A stretch of DNA of 64,000 nucleotides from Atribacterota bacterium (GTDB lineage Bacteria; Atribacterota; Phoenicimicrobiia; Phoenicimicrobiales; Stramentimicrobiaceae): assembly GCA_028696495.1 (NCBI GenBank), contig JAQVGY010000001.1, positions 24,105 to 88,104 of the forward strand, written 5' to 3'. Shown in pieces: positions 43,226 through 53,072 of this stretch. How positions within the stretch are numbered: the first letter of the stretch is position 1; each line of letters starts with the position of its first letter. Both the position numbers and the translations under genes were made by a program. The notes below the pieces were generated by a model, which saw only the letters and a program-made list of their open reading frames with translations, was not told the origin of the DNA and did not search any database.

Positions 43226-43927
43226 TCACTTATTAAAAAGATGATTACTCATTATGACTTCAGCTAATAGCAAATCTACTTTCGTAGTAATTTTGATATT
43301 CTCTTCTGAACCGTGGACTATGGCTACTTTCCCACCATAGTATTCTAAGAGGGCTGAATCATCTGTAACTTGAATATTTTCTTTCATCGCCTTTTGATAA
43401 TATTTTTTAATCTTCCCCAGTCTAAAGGTCTGTGGTGTTTGAGCAATCCAAAACATATCTCTGTTTACGGTTTTTTCTACAAGCATCTCAGAAATATTTA
43501 CCTTTTTGACTGTTTCAACTATTGGAACAGCTAATACTATTCCATCAAAGAGAGGCACCATCTTAATTGTTTCATCAATCATCCTTTTCTTTAGAAGGGG
43601 GCGGGCACCATCATGTATACAGACAATACCATCTTCTTCTTTAATAGCCATCAGGCCATTGTATACTGACTCCTGTCTTGTAGAACCGCCTGTAGTGATG
43701 GTTTTTACTTTAACATAATTGTTCCTCTCAATAATCTCCTTTTCTATCAGTTTACGGTCCTGGACTCTTATTACCAGTATAATCTCATCTATTTTCTCTG
43801 ATTCTTCAAATTTATCCAACGTATAGGAAAGGAGCGGCTTACCTAAAAGTGGTACTAACATTTTACTTTTAGAATCACAGAACCTTTCTCCATTTCCCGC
43901 TGCAGCAATGATAGCAAAATTTTTCAT
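43226..43927 (-). CDS. ispD: 2-C-methyl-D-erythritol 4-phosphate cytidylyltransferase
   Basis: 233 aa; AIIAAAGNGERF, VCIHDGARPLL, FWIAQTPQTF. Confidence 0.9.
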   Translation of the reverse strand: MKNFAIIAAAGNGERFCDSKSKMLVPLLGKPLLSYTLDKFEESEKIDEIILVIRVQDRKLIEKEIIERNNYVKVKTITTGGSTRQESVYNGLMAIKEEDGIVCIHDGARPLLKKRMIDETIKMVPLFDGIVLAVPIVETVKKVNISEMLVEKTVNRDMFWIAQTPQTFRLGKIKKYYQKAMKENIQVTDDSALLEYYGGKVAIVHGSEENIKITTKVDLLLAEVIMSNHLFNK

Positions 43928-43935
43928 AAATATCC

Positions 43936-45711
43936 CTACTCCGCTTCCCCAATATTTCTGTTCTTAATATCTAAAAATATCTCATGATATCCATCTATAA
44001 CAAAATCAGTTTCCAGTATGACTTTTAAGTTGTTTTCGGAATTATCCTTACCACTTCTAATTTTTGAGTCCGAACTGTTATCATCATTAAACAAAATGAT
44101 TTCAACAATTATTTGATTATTTTTTTCTTTTTCTTTTAGATGTTTTTCAATCTCATCCCAGCCATTTAAGAGGTAGCGCTCTTCCTCTTGACTTATAGAC
44201 TGCTCTCCGATAATCTCTTTGGATAACCCCCCTCTGACCGTTAAAACTGCATTACCGGGAGCAATATTTTCAGGTAACTTTATTTGAACTGTTCTTTTCT
44301 CATCTGGCTGTCTGAAAGGAGTGACTATGATTTCTGCCTCAACTTCATCTCCGGGAAAATGGTTTTCAGTGTTCAATATTACTTTTTTAATATGAGCTTT
44401 GTTAATATTCTTTTTTATAGAAACATTTATTACTATCTCATTCAAATCTATCTTTTCATAAAAATTATAATATAATAAATCAAATATATTGTTCAAATCT
44501 CTGCTTATTTCGACTGCTATATCATTTTCACTATAAAATATATTGTTATAATTTAAAACATCTCCGGTATCCGCATTTCTAAAACCCAGCTTGATATCCC
44601 CTGTCCCCTGCCCAATTCTATTGATGGTATTGTCAACAGTCTGGATTAAAAGAGCAGGTACTACACTTTCCACAATCTCCTTTTCTGGCACCACTTTTAC
44701 CCCGGCATTATTCTCCAAATTACGGTCTAAATCAGATACACTTATCTTACAAGAGACTATGCTGGGAAATTTGTTTAACTTTGCCAGTATTCCTGCATTC
44801 CTATCCTGAATAACTTCCCCGAGTAGAAGAAAGGGTGAGCCAATTTTAAAAGGCATAACGATACTGGGGAAGCTATGGTATATATAGACAGAAGTAAGTA
44901 GATATGATACATCACCACGATGCATGAAGGGATGGCCTAATGCCAATACATATTTGTCCTGACAATAGGTGGCAGTTCCTATTCCCATTATATTTATATC
45001 ACCGGTAGATAACTGCACGCCAATAGCAGAGCCAGGTTGTACCTTTTTAATCTCCGTACCAATCTCTAATTCAGGCTTAATATCATGGTATCCTGATATA
45101 TTTTGTATCACTGTGATACCATATTTTTTAAGTTTTTCTTTAATTAAACTATCAGCTCGACCATAAAATCCATTGATTATCAAGGGTGATTGAATATAGT
45201 GAAAATTAATATTTTTCTTCTCATTATTAACTATAGGGTTAAAGCTTACATTCTGATTACCCTCCCCTATATAATCTAAAAGAGTAAGCATTATATCAAT
45301 AGGTGTTATCAGACATAGATTATGTTCACTCAATTCCCAGGCATGTGATATTGCCCCTGCTAATTTTCCATTAAAATATACCGGGCTTCCGCTCATTCCA
45401 GCCGAAATTCCGCCATTGTTCTCAATTCTATCCCCACTCAACTTCACTAGTATATATGGGTAAGTAATGCCTGAACCATGAATAATATCGATTACCTCTA
45501 CCCCAAATTCTTCTATTTTTGTTCCCTCAAAAACAGTTTTCCCTACCCCTTTCATCCCGGAATGAATATCATTAATTAAAATAAATTCTTCCTGGTTTGG
45601 TAAACTTGCATTTACAGGAATACAACTAAGATAGAATATTACAATAATTGAAATACTGAATAGTAATCTAAATAAATATTCATGTAATTTATGTTCTTCA
45701 AAAGGCATCAT
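43936..45711 (-). CDS. secreted/anchored serine peptidase, SpoIVB (S55)-like N-terminal domain with about 400-aa extension
   Basis: 591 aa; N-terminal hydrophobic anchor; His (VIDIIHGSG), Asp (LSGDRI) and Ser motif GISAGMSGSPVY like the SpoIVB GMSGSPI active site. The downstream region is unassigned. Confidence 0.55.
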   Translation of the reverse strand: MMPFEEHKLHEYLFRLLFSISIIVIFYLSCIPVNASLPNQEEFILINDIHSGMKGVGKTVFEGTKIEEFGVEVIDIIHGSGITYPYILVKLSGDRIENNGGISAGMSGSPVYFNGKLAGAISHAWELSEHNLCLITPIDIMLTLLDYIGEGNQNVSFNPIVNNEKKNINFHYIQSPLIINGFYGRADSLIKEKLKKYGITVIQNISGYHDIKPELEIGTEIKKVQPGSAIGVQLSTGDINIMGIGTATYCQDKYVLALGHPFMHRGDVSYLLTSVYIYHSFPSIVMPFKIGSPFLLLGEVIQDRNAGILAKLNKFPSIVSCKISVSDLDRNLENNAGVKVVPEKEIVESVVPALLIQTVDNTINRIGQGTGDIKLGFRNADTGDVLNYNNIFYSENDIAVEISRDLNNIFDLLYYNFYEKIDLNEIVINVSIKKNINKAHIKKVILNTENHFPGDEVEAEIIVTPFRQPDEKRTVQIKLPENIAPGNAVLTVRGGLSKEIIGEQSISQEEERYLLNGWDEIEKHLKEKEKNNQIIVEIILFNDDNSSDSKIRSGKDNSENNLKVILETDFVIDGYHEIFLDIKNRNIGEAE

Positions 45712-45747
45712 AATATCATTCTTTTTTAAATTTTATTGGCGGCTATT

Positions 45748-46773
45748 CTAACGGTGACTGCTGCTGATTAATCCCTGTTTTAGTAAATGAATCTGGTCCA
45801 ATACCTTCCCAGCACCTAAAGCAACACAAGAAATTGGATTTTCAGCAACATAAGCAGGTATTTTATTCACTTTAGTTAGCAGGACATCAAAATTTCTCAA
45901 TAGAGAACCGCCTCCAGTAAGCACCATTCCCTTATCTGCTATATCGGCAGACAATTCCGGCGGGGTTCTTTCTAAAACCATTCTGATGGAATCTAAAATT
46001 GCTTCTAAACTTTTTGTTATTGCCTCCAGTACCTCTAATGACCCAACTTCTATTGATTTTGGCAAACCCGAAATGAGATCCCTACCCCTTACTTCTGCAA
46101 ACATCTCATTTTCCGGTTCTATTGCTGTACCAATTTCAATCTTCAAACTCTCAGCAGATTTTTCTCCAATCATCAAATTATACTTGTTCTTCACATATTT
46201 TATTATATCTTCATCAAAATTATTGCCAGCTATTCTCAATGATTCACTCTCCACAATTCCACCTAATGAGATAACGGCAATATCGGTTGTCCCTCCACCT
46301 ATATCTACCACCATGTTACCATAAGCTTCACTTATATCTAACCCCGCTCCAATAGCTGCAGCAATAGATTCTTCTACTAAAAATGCTTTCTTGGCTCCTG
46401 CTTGAATTGCTGCCTCTAAAGCAGCTCTCTTTTCAACTTCTGTACCCCCTGCCGGAACACATATGACCACCTGTGGTCGAAATAATCGGGAATTAGAAGA
46501 TACTTTTTTAATAAAATAGGTCAACATTTTTTCGGTTACATCATAGTCAGCTATTACCCCTGCTTTCAGGGGTTCTAAAGCTATAATATTACCCGGGGTC
46601 TTTCCAAGCATTTCTTTGGCTTCTTTGCCCACAGCAAATACCTTACCAGTATCTCTATATATTGATACAACAGAAGGTTCTTGTAATACTATTCCTTTGC
46701 CCTTTTGGTAAATCAATATACTGACTGTACCTAAATCAATTCCTAAACTCTTTTCCATTCCCAGCATAGGCAA
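45748..46773 (-). CDS. mreB: rod shape-determining protein MreB/Mbl (actin homologue)
   Basis: 341 aa; LGIDLGT phosphate-1, VVDIGGGTTDIAVIS phosphate-2, adenosine motif. Confidence 0.92.
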   Translation of the reverse strand: MPMLGMEKSLGIDLGTVSILIYQKGKGIVLQEPSVVSIYRDTGKVFAVGKEAKEMLGKTPGNIIALEPLKAGVIADYDVTEKMLTYFIKKVSSNSRLFRPQVVICVPAGGTEVEKRAALEAAIQAGAKKAFLVEESIAAAIGAGLDISEAYGNMVVDIGGGTTDIAVISLGGIVESESLRIAGNNFDEDIIKYVKNKYNLMIGEKSAESLKIEIGTAIEPENEMFAEVRGRDLISGLPKSIEVGSLEVLEAITKSLEAILDSIRMVLERTPPELSADIADKGMVLTGGGSLLRNFDVLLTKVNKIPAYVAENPISCVALGAGKVLDQIHLLKQGLISSSHR

Positions 46774-46885
46774 TACTACCTCCTCATAATCTCAATTACT
46801 ACTATAGTTGATATTACATAAAATCTAATCAACTATTAAGTATTTTACCATAAAAGATTTATTATTTGTCCTACTTAAATTATCT

Positions 46886-48160
46886 CTACTCTCTTTTTAT
46901 CTTAGCCCCTAAATTGCTTAATTTATCTTCTATCCTAACATAACCCCTGTCTATATGGTATATTCTACTTATTTCAGTTGTCCCTTCCGCTGCCAGACTG
47001 GCTAAAATTAATGCTGCACCACCTCTTAAATCAGATGCCATAACAGGAGCAGCACTAAGCTTTTTTACACCTTTGATAATACAGTTTCTTCCTTCAACTT
47101 TGATATCAGCTCCCATTCTTCTCAAATCTCCAGCATGAGCAAAGCGGCTTTCAAAAACGTTTTCGGTAATAATACTGGTACCATTTGCGATGGTCATTAA
47201 TGCCATAAATTGTGCTTGTAAGTCAGTAGGGAATCCAGGAAAGGGCATGGTCTTTATGTCAACAGATTTTATGGCATCGGTGTTAGATATAATTATATTA
47301 TCATCTTCTTTAATCTCAACTTTGATACCGGCTTCTTCTAATTTGACTATACAGGATTTTAGATATGAGGGATTAACATTATCAATTTCTACTGTTCCTC
47401 CAGTAATTGCAGCTGCAACCATATAAGTTCCTGCTTCAATCCTATCTGGTATTATGCGGTATTTTACACCTTTCAGTCTTTTCACTCCTTCAATAGTGAT
47501 AATATCACTACCCAGGCCATTAACTTTAGCCCCCATTTTATTCAAAAAATTGCCCAGTTCAATTACTTCCGGGTCTTTCGCTGCATTTTCAATCATAGTA
47601 ATACCCTCAGCCAGTGAAGCAGCCATCATAATGTTCTCAGTGGCTCCAAGGCTGGGAAAATCAAAATAGATATCATTGCCTTTTAACCTCTTTACTTCTG
47701 CCTGAATATACCCTTTTTCAGTAATAATATCCGCTCCCAGTGCCCTAAACCCCTTTAAATGAAAGTCAACAGGTCTGGCTCCGATGGCACATCCCCCTGG
47801 AAGAGATATTTTAGCCTTATTTAGTCTGGCTAACAATGGCCCCATAACTAAAAAAGAGGCTCTCATTGTTTTTACCAATTCATATGGTGCTTCAAAATTA
47901 TTGAAATCATCAGAATCTATATAAAGAGTATTATTCTCTTTCCATTCCACTTTAACTCCAAGTGTCTTTATAACCTCAATCATGCTGTATACATCTTTTA
48001 ATTGTGGTACATTTTCTAAAATACATTTTTCACTGGTTAGAAGACAGGCAGCCATTATGGAAAGAGCAGAATTTTTTGCACCATCTATTACTACTGTGCC
48101 ATGTAATGGTATACCACCAGTAATTAGAAATCTTTCTGGGTTTTGCAATTCTTTCACCAA
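46886..48160 (-). CDS. murA: UDP-N-acetylglucosamine 1-carboxyvinyltransferase
   Basis: 424 aa; GAKNSALSIMAACLL, active-site loop LPGGCAIGARPVDFH, EPSP-synthase fold. Confidence 0.93.
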   Translation of the reverse strand: MVKELQNPERFLITGGIPLHGTVVIDGAKNSALSIMAACLLTSEKCILENVPQLKDVYSMIEVIKTLGVKVEWKENNTLYIDSDDFNNFEAPYELVKTMRASFLVMGPLLARLNKAKISLPGGCAIGARPVDFHLKGFRALGADIITEKGYIQAEVKRLKGNDIYFDFPSLGATENIMMAASLAEGITMIENAAKDPEVIELGNFLNKMGAKVNGLGSDIITIEGVKRLKGVKYRIIPDRIEAGTYMVAAAITGGTVEIDNVNPSYLKSCIVKLEEAGIKVEIKEDDNIIISNTDAIKSVDIKTMPFPGFPTDLQAQFMALMTIANGTSIITENVFESRFAHAGDLRRMGADIKVEGRNCIIKGVKKLSAAPVMASDLRGGAALILASLAAEGTTEISRIYHIDRGYVRIEDKLSNLGAKIKRE

Positions 48161-48164
48161 TCCT

Positions 48165-49211
48165 TTATCTTTTATTTTTCGTTAATAAAGTATTCAATGT
48201 TTTTATATAAGGAGGCTCCGCTATACCATATTCGGTAATAATAGCTGTAATATTTTCATTGGGAGTAATATCAAATGCCGGATTATAGACATTGATATGG
48301 TCTGGAGCAATTTTTTTACCCATGATTGAAGTAACTTCCAGAGGTTCTCTCTCCTCAATAGGAATACCTTTACCATCTTCAATATTAAAATCAATAGTTG
48401 AGGTCGGAGCAGCTACATAAAAGGGAATATTGTGGGTTTTGGCTAAGACAGAAATACTATAAGTACCAATTTTATTTGCTATGTCACCATTGGCAGCTAT
48501 TCTATCGGCACCAAGAATAACTTTATCTATTTTTTTTTGATACATTAAGAATCCTGCCACAGAATCACATATCAGGGTAACAGGGATTTCTTCAATTTGA
48601 AGTTCCCAGGCAGTTAATCTGGCACCCTGTAAAACAGGACGGGTTTCATCTATATAAATTTTAATATTCTTCTTTTCTTTAAAGGCTGAGCGAATGACTC
48701 CCAGGGCAGTACCATAGAAAACAGTAGCCAGTGAACCTGCATTGCAATGAGTTAAAATTCTATCCCCATCCTGGAAAAGAGTTGAACCATACTCCCCGAT
48801 AAGGTAATTAGTCTTTATATCATCCTGGGCTAAGCTTTCTGCTTTAAGTAATATTTTTTTCTTCAACTCATCTACAGGTTCGTCTGAAGACACAACCCCC
48901 TTCCATATCTCTTCTAAAGCCCAAAATAAGTTTATGGCAGTAGGCCTGGAGGAAGACAGGGCAATTTTTGCTTTCTTTAATCTATTGAGAAAATCAGATT
49001 TGTTCTTTGTGTTAATACTATGCGCAGCAAGAGCCATTCCATATGCTGCAGCAACACCAATTGCCGGAGCGCCCCTAATCGCCATATTTTTAATAGCATC
49101 TATTACCTCATAATATGTTGAGCAGGTTAACATTTCATATTTAGCGGGCAATTCTCTTTGGTCAATCATCAACACTTTATTATCTTTCCATTCAATAGTT
49201 CTGGCAATCAT
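48165..49211 (-). CDS. mtnA: S-methyl-5-thioribose-1-phosphate isomerase (eIF-2B-like)
   Basis: 348 aa; IRGAPAIGVAAAYGMALAA, ILTHCNAGSLATV, VGADRIAANGDIANKIGTY. Confidence 0.88.
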   Translation of the reverse strand: MIARTIEWKDNKVLMIDQRELPAKYEMLTCSTYYEVIDAIKNMAIRGAPAIGVAAAYGMALAAHSINTKNKSDFLNRLKKAKIALSSSRPTAINLFWALEEIWKGVVSSDEPVDELKKKILLKAESLAQDDIKTNYLIGEYGSTLFQDGDRILTHCNAGSLATVFYGTALGVIRSAFKEKKNIKIYIDETRPVLQGARLTAWELQIEEIPVTLICDSVAGFLMYQKKIDKVILGADRIAANGDIANKIGTYSISVLAKTHNIPFYVAAPTSTIDFNIEDGKGIPIEEREPLEVTSIMGKKIAPDHINVYNPAFDITPNENITAIITEYGIAEPPYIKTLNTLLTKNKR

Positions 49212-49262
49212 AATACCAATATTCCTGTATTTTATATTTTATTGTCTTGATACCCTTTTACT

Positions 49263-49721
49263 TTATACAAAAATACTTAGCAGGCCAAGATTTGTTAGTG
49301 TAACAATTATCCCCGCACAGGCAACACCTGCTGCCATTGTTGAAAAAGCATACCAGAAGCGTATCCCAAACAAGAATGCGGCGACAGAACCTGTCCATAT
49401 CCCTGTTCCGGGAAGGGGAATGGCAATAAAGAAAAATAAAAAGATAGCCCCGTATTTTTCATATTTTTTTTCATATTTTCCGGTCCTTCTGAACAACCAG
49501 GAAAAAAACATTTCAAATATAAGCCATCTTCTAAGAAATTCAGAAAATGGTTTTAAATATTTCAATAAAAACAAAGCGGGGATAATATTTCCCAATACTG
49601 CAACGATATAAGTTGGCAAAACCGGTAAATTATAAAAACTTAAACCAACAGGTATCGCTCCTCTTAATTCTGTTACAGGCAGAGCTGCTAAAAAAGCGAT
49701 TTTAATTAAATTATTTAACAA
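49263..49721 (-). CDS. putative small multidrug-export family membrane protein (COG2426-like)
   Basis: 152 aa, 4 TM; N-terminal ELRGAIPVG motif. Confidence 0.5.
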   Translation of the reverse strand: MLNNLIKIAFLAALPVTELRGAIPVGLSFYNLPVLPTYIVAVLGNIIPALFLLKYLKPFSEFLRRWLIFEMFFSWLFRRTGKYEKKYEKYGAIFLFFFIAIPLPGTGIWTGSVAAFLFGIRFWYAFSTMAAGVACAGIIVTLTNLGLLSIFV

Positions 49722-50541
49722 TATTTTTTATTACCTTTTTTACTAAACCAGTCATTATCGGTTCTGACTGTAAAGCTGCATTCAATATCTCCTGGAAGTG
49801 TACCTTCTCTACCACACCGTCAATTGCTAAATCTGTTATACAGGAGATACCCAGCACCCTCATTCCCATATGATTTGCAACAATTACTTCAGGAACTGTG
49901 GACATTCCTACTGCATCTGCACCGATTGTAATAAGCATCCTATATTCAGCAGGTGTTTCCAGCATTGGCCCTGTTAACCCAACATAAACTCCTCTGTGTA
50001 ATTTTATCCCTTCCTCAAGAGCAGTTTTCTCTGTAATAGAGATGAGTTCTTTATCATATGCCTGTGACATATCCGGAAAACGTGGTCCCATCTTTTCATC
50101 ATTTGGACCAATTAGAGGATTATCTCCCATTAAATTAATATGGTCATAGATTAACATCAAATCTCCCCTTTGAAAATTACGGTTCATGCCCCCAGCGGCA
50201 TTTGAAATAATAATTATACTGGCCCCCAGTTCTTTCATCACCCTTATAGGGAAGGTTATCTCTTTCATTGTATAGCCTTCATAACGGTGGAACCTTCCTT
50301 GCATGGCAACTACAAACTTATCCTGTAATTTGCCCAGAACCAGATTTCCGCTATGCCCGTGAACAGTAGAAATCGGGAAATTTTTTATTTTGTCATAAGG
50401 TATTACCACACTATTTTCGATATCTTCAGCTAACCTGCCCAATCCAGTACCCAGTATAATGGCCAGGTCAGGCTTGATATCTGTGTATTCTCTGATTGAT
50501 TGAATACTCTCTTTAATATTTTCCTTCAATGTATCATCCAT
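49711..50541 (-). CDS. purine nucleoside / 5'-methylthioadenosine phosphorylase (PNP family 2)
   Basis: 276 aa; ILGTGLGRLAE, TVHGHSGNLVLG, GRFHRYEGY, SNAAGG, STVPEV. Next to mtnA, so probably MtnP. Confidence 0.85.
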   Translation of the reverse strand: MDDTLKENIKESIQSIREYTDIKPDLAIILGTGLGRLAEDIENSVVIPYDKIKNFPISTVHGHSGNLVLGKLQDKFVVAMQGRFHRYEGYTMKEITFPIRVMKELGASIIIISNAAGGMNRNFQRGDLMLIYDHINLMGDNPLIGPNDEKMGPRFPDMSQAYDKELISITEKTALEEGIKLHRGVYVGLTGPMLETPAEYRMLITIGADAVGMSTVPEVIVANHMGMRVLGISCITDLAIDGVVEKVHFQEILNAALQSEPIMTGLVKKVIKNIVK

Positions 50542-50597
50542 TAGTCCCTCCCATATTCTGTTTTAATTCTCATACTTTTTTATATTAAACTACTCCA

Positions 50598-51524
50598 CTA
50601 AACTCTGGGAAAAGCTTTATAATATTCTTTTTTAATCCATTTTCTACTAACATGGGTATACATCTGTGTAGTAGAAATATCTGAATGGCCTAACATTTCC
50701 TGCACCGTTCTTAAGTCTGCTCCATTTTCAATTAAATGGGTTGCCAGAGTATGCCTTAAGGTATGTGGTGTTACATTCTTCTTAAGTCCGGATTTACTGG
50801 CATAATTTTTAATTATATAAAAAATAGCCTGCCGGGTTATGGGTTGACCATGGTTATTTAAAAATAGCTTATTAGAATCCTCTTTTTTTATTAATTTTGG
50901 TCTGATATATTGTAGATAGTCCACTAAAACTCTGTGAGACCTATCATTAAAAGGTATCCACCTTTCTTTGTTACCCTTGCCAGTACATTTTAATAATTGA
51001 TGGTCTAAATTAATATCATTTCTTTTTAGACTTATTAATTCAGTAACTCTCATTCCAGTTGCATAAAAAAGCTCAATTATAGCCTGGTCTCTCTTTCCCA
51101 ATATACCGATAAAATTTTTTTCAGCTAATAGTCTGTTTAATTCTTTCATATTTAATGTTTCGGGTAATTTCTTTTTCAATCTGGGAAATTCGATAAACCT
51201 GGTTAAATCATTCTTGATATACCCTTCAGTAAATAAAAAACGGTAAAACATTTTTAAAGCTACTAAGTTACGGAAAATGGAGTTAACGGCTAATTTAATC
51301 TGGTTTAAATAATGATAATATTGGGATATTGCCTCTCGGTCTACGTCTTTTAATGGCAGCCGATTCTTAATTACTATGAATTCGTAGTATTTTAATAAAT
51401 CATAGCGATAAGAAATAATAGTATTTGCTGATAACCCTCTTTCCAGTGATAGATATTCCAGGAAATTTTCTATTAAATCCTTTTCTCTCTCATTTTTTCC
51501 ATTGGTATCATCTTGAATATTCAT
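50598..51524 (-). CDS. xerD: tyrosine recombinase XerC/XerD
   Basis: 308 aa; N-terminal SAM-like core-binding domain; catalytic R...HTLRHTLATHLIENGADLRTVQEMLGHSDISTTQMYTHV (R-H-R-Y). Confidence 0.9.
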   Translation of the reverse strand: MNIQDDTNGKNEREKDLIENFLEYLSLERGLSANTIISYRYDLLKYYEFIVIKNRLPLKDVDREAISQYYHYLNQIKLAVNSIFRNLVALKMFYRFLFTEGYIKNDLTRFIEFPRLKKKLPETLNMKELNRLLAEKNFIGILGKRDQAIIELFYATGMRVTELISLKRNDINLDHQLLKCTGKGNKERWIPFNDRSHRVLVDYLQYIRPKLIKKEDSNKLFLNNHGQPITRQAIFYIIKNYASKSGLKKNVTPHTLRHTLATHLIENGADLRTVQEMLGHSDISTTQMYTHVSRKWIKKEYYKAFPRV

Positions 51525-51547
51525 AGGGCATTGTTAAATTTTTAAAA

Positions 51548-53032
51548 TTAATAATTAATTTCCGTATCTGGATGTACCACCTGTATCCAAACATTTCCAG
51601 GCTGTATTGCCAGTCTATTCCCATCCTTATTAAAAAAATAGGTTTTAGATTCTAAAGCTTCTTTAGACCAGGTAATCTCTTCTGATTTACCATTATAGAT
51701 GATTAGTCCGGCTCCTTTGCCAATAAAATCGATTGCCAGTCTACCTTCAGTATCCAATATCTTTTTATCACTGGCTTGAATAATAATATTTTTTACCTGT
51801 AGTTGCCTTCCTGTTTCAGCATCAATATGGGGATTTCCATTCAAAAAACGAACATATCTTTGAATTTCAGGCATATATTGATAGCTAACCTCATAGTTGA
51901 CATTATATTTTATATTTATCTTATTAATTTCCTTTCCAGTAAGAACCTCATTGGAATCAATTTCAAATTGATAATCATCTTTATTAACCATTTCAATATA
52001 GCCCAACCTCCTCGCCTCATCTCTTAATCTTTCAGTTGAGGTATAAAGGTTATGCGGTGGCTTGCGATCTGATGTTCTCCAGAAAGGTTGAAAGTGAACT
52101 AATTCGTTTATATCATCTATTCTTTCTTCTTTAATAAAGATTGCTGCATCCGGGCTTTCTCCGGCATGCACATAGATGGCATTGTGTTCTAATGTTTTGG
52201 TAATAAAATATGGTCTGGCACTGCGAACGGGGCCAACCTTGTCTGCCTCTTGTGTGGCAAAAATAGCCAAAAAGCGGGTGATTCCACCTTCTGCCAGTAC
52301 CTCGTATACAACATTTGCTTTTTCCAATCCACTTTGTGGTCGAGAATCTCGGGCATTGTCTATCATTATAGCCAGAGGCCTTTTGCCAAATGGTGACTCT
52401 TTTTCCGCCTGCCTTGGTAGTGTACTCAGCTCACCAGGGGTTACAACTGTACCATAAGTGGATTCGGTGCGCTCTCTTCCTTCCATCCCTAACCTTGCTT
52501 GAATTTCATATTCCCCTTTTTCTAATACTTCCCCCTCAATTTCCCTTCTACTGGCAATACTGGGACTTAATTCTCTGGTTGCAACCTGTACATCGCTTCG
52601 TATTGACACCTCTTCTTTAACCGGTGCCATATCTACTGTAGCTGGAATATCAATTTCCGGCATTTTTACCTCAACCCTGGGGCCGCTTTCCAGCTGTACC
52701 TCTTCTTTTTCTACCTTTGGCTGAGTCTCAATTTCCTGTGTTTTTGCTGGCTCAGGCAAGGCAGGTTCCACCCTTGGTCTTACACTTACCTCTGCTATCG
52801 GTTCTTCTCTGACAATTTCAGGTCTAACAGTAGTTGGTTTTTGAACAGAAGGCAGCTCAACGAGAGTAACCATAATTAGTTCTTCAATTTCAGGGATATT
52901 TATAAAATCAAAAGAGATTAAATTATTAAAAAATAGAATAAATATTATATTTAAAATTAGGGAAATTAAAAATGAACGACCTAAAAAACTTTTTGAACGA
53001 ATTTTTCTTCTTTTTGCTCTATATCCTGCCAT
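51548..53032 (-). CDS. TolA/TonB-like stalk protein: TM anchor + Pro/Glu/Val-rich spacer + C-terminal DUF3048 (YerB-like) domain
   Basis: 494 aa; basic N-terminus, one TM (FLISLILNIIFILFF), about 110-aa P/E/V/K-rich spacer, then PLAIMIDNARDSRPQSGLEKANVVYEVLAEGGITRFLAIF. It is 40 bp downstream of exbD. Confidence 0.6.
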   Translation of the reverse strand: MAGYRAKRRKIRSKSFLGRSFLISLILNIIFILFFNNLISFDFINIPEIEELIMVTLVELPSVQKPTTVRPEIVREEPIAEVSVRPRVEPALPEPAKTQEIETQPKVEKEEVQLESGPRVEVKMPEIDIPATVDMAPVKEEVSIRSDVQVATRELSPSIASRREIEGEVLEKGEYEIQARLGMEGRERTESTYGTVVTPGELSTLPRQAEKESPFGKRPLAIMIDNARDSRPQSGLEKANVVYEVLAEGGITRFLAIFATQEADKVGPVRSARPYFITKTLEHNAIYVHAGESPDAAIFIKEERIDDINELVHFQPFWRTSDRKPPHNLYTSTERLRDEARRLGYIEMVNKDDYQFEIDSNEVLTGKEINKINIKYNVNYEVSYQYMPEIQRYVRFLNGNPHIDAETGRQLQVKNIIIQASDKKILDTEGRLAIDFIGKGAGLIIYNGKSEEITWSKEALESKTYFFNKDGNRLAIQPGNVWIQVVHPDTEINY

Positions 53033-53072
53033 TATTTTTCTTACTCACTTTTATTTAGTAATCTTTACTTCT

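Noticed and set aside
50598-51524. xerD considered as marker of an integrative mobile element
   Set aside because: Full-length XerC/D-type recombinase with an N-terminal core-binding domain. No flanking direct repeats, tRNA target, phage or transposase genes. Housekeeping dimer-resolution function is more likely.
52390-52900. Local GC-rich island inside 51548-53032 considered as possible horizontally acquired insert
   Set aside because: The GC excess is explained by Pro/Ala/Glu/Val codon content of the low-complexity spacer. The reading frame is continuous and the flanks are native-looking.
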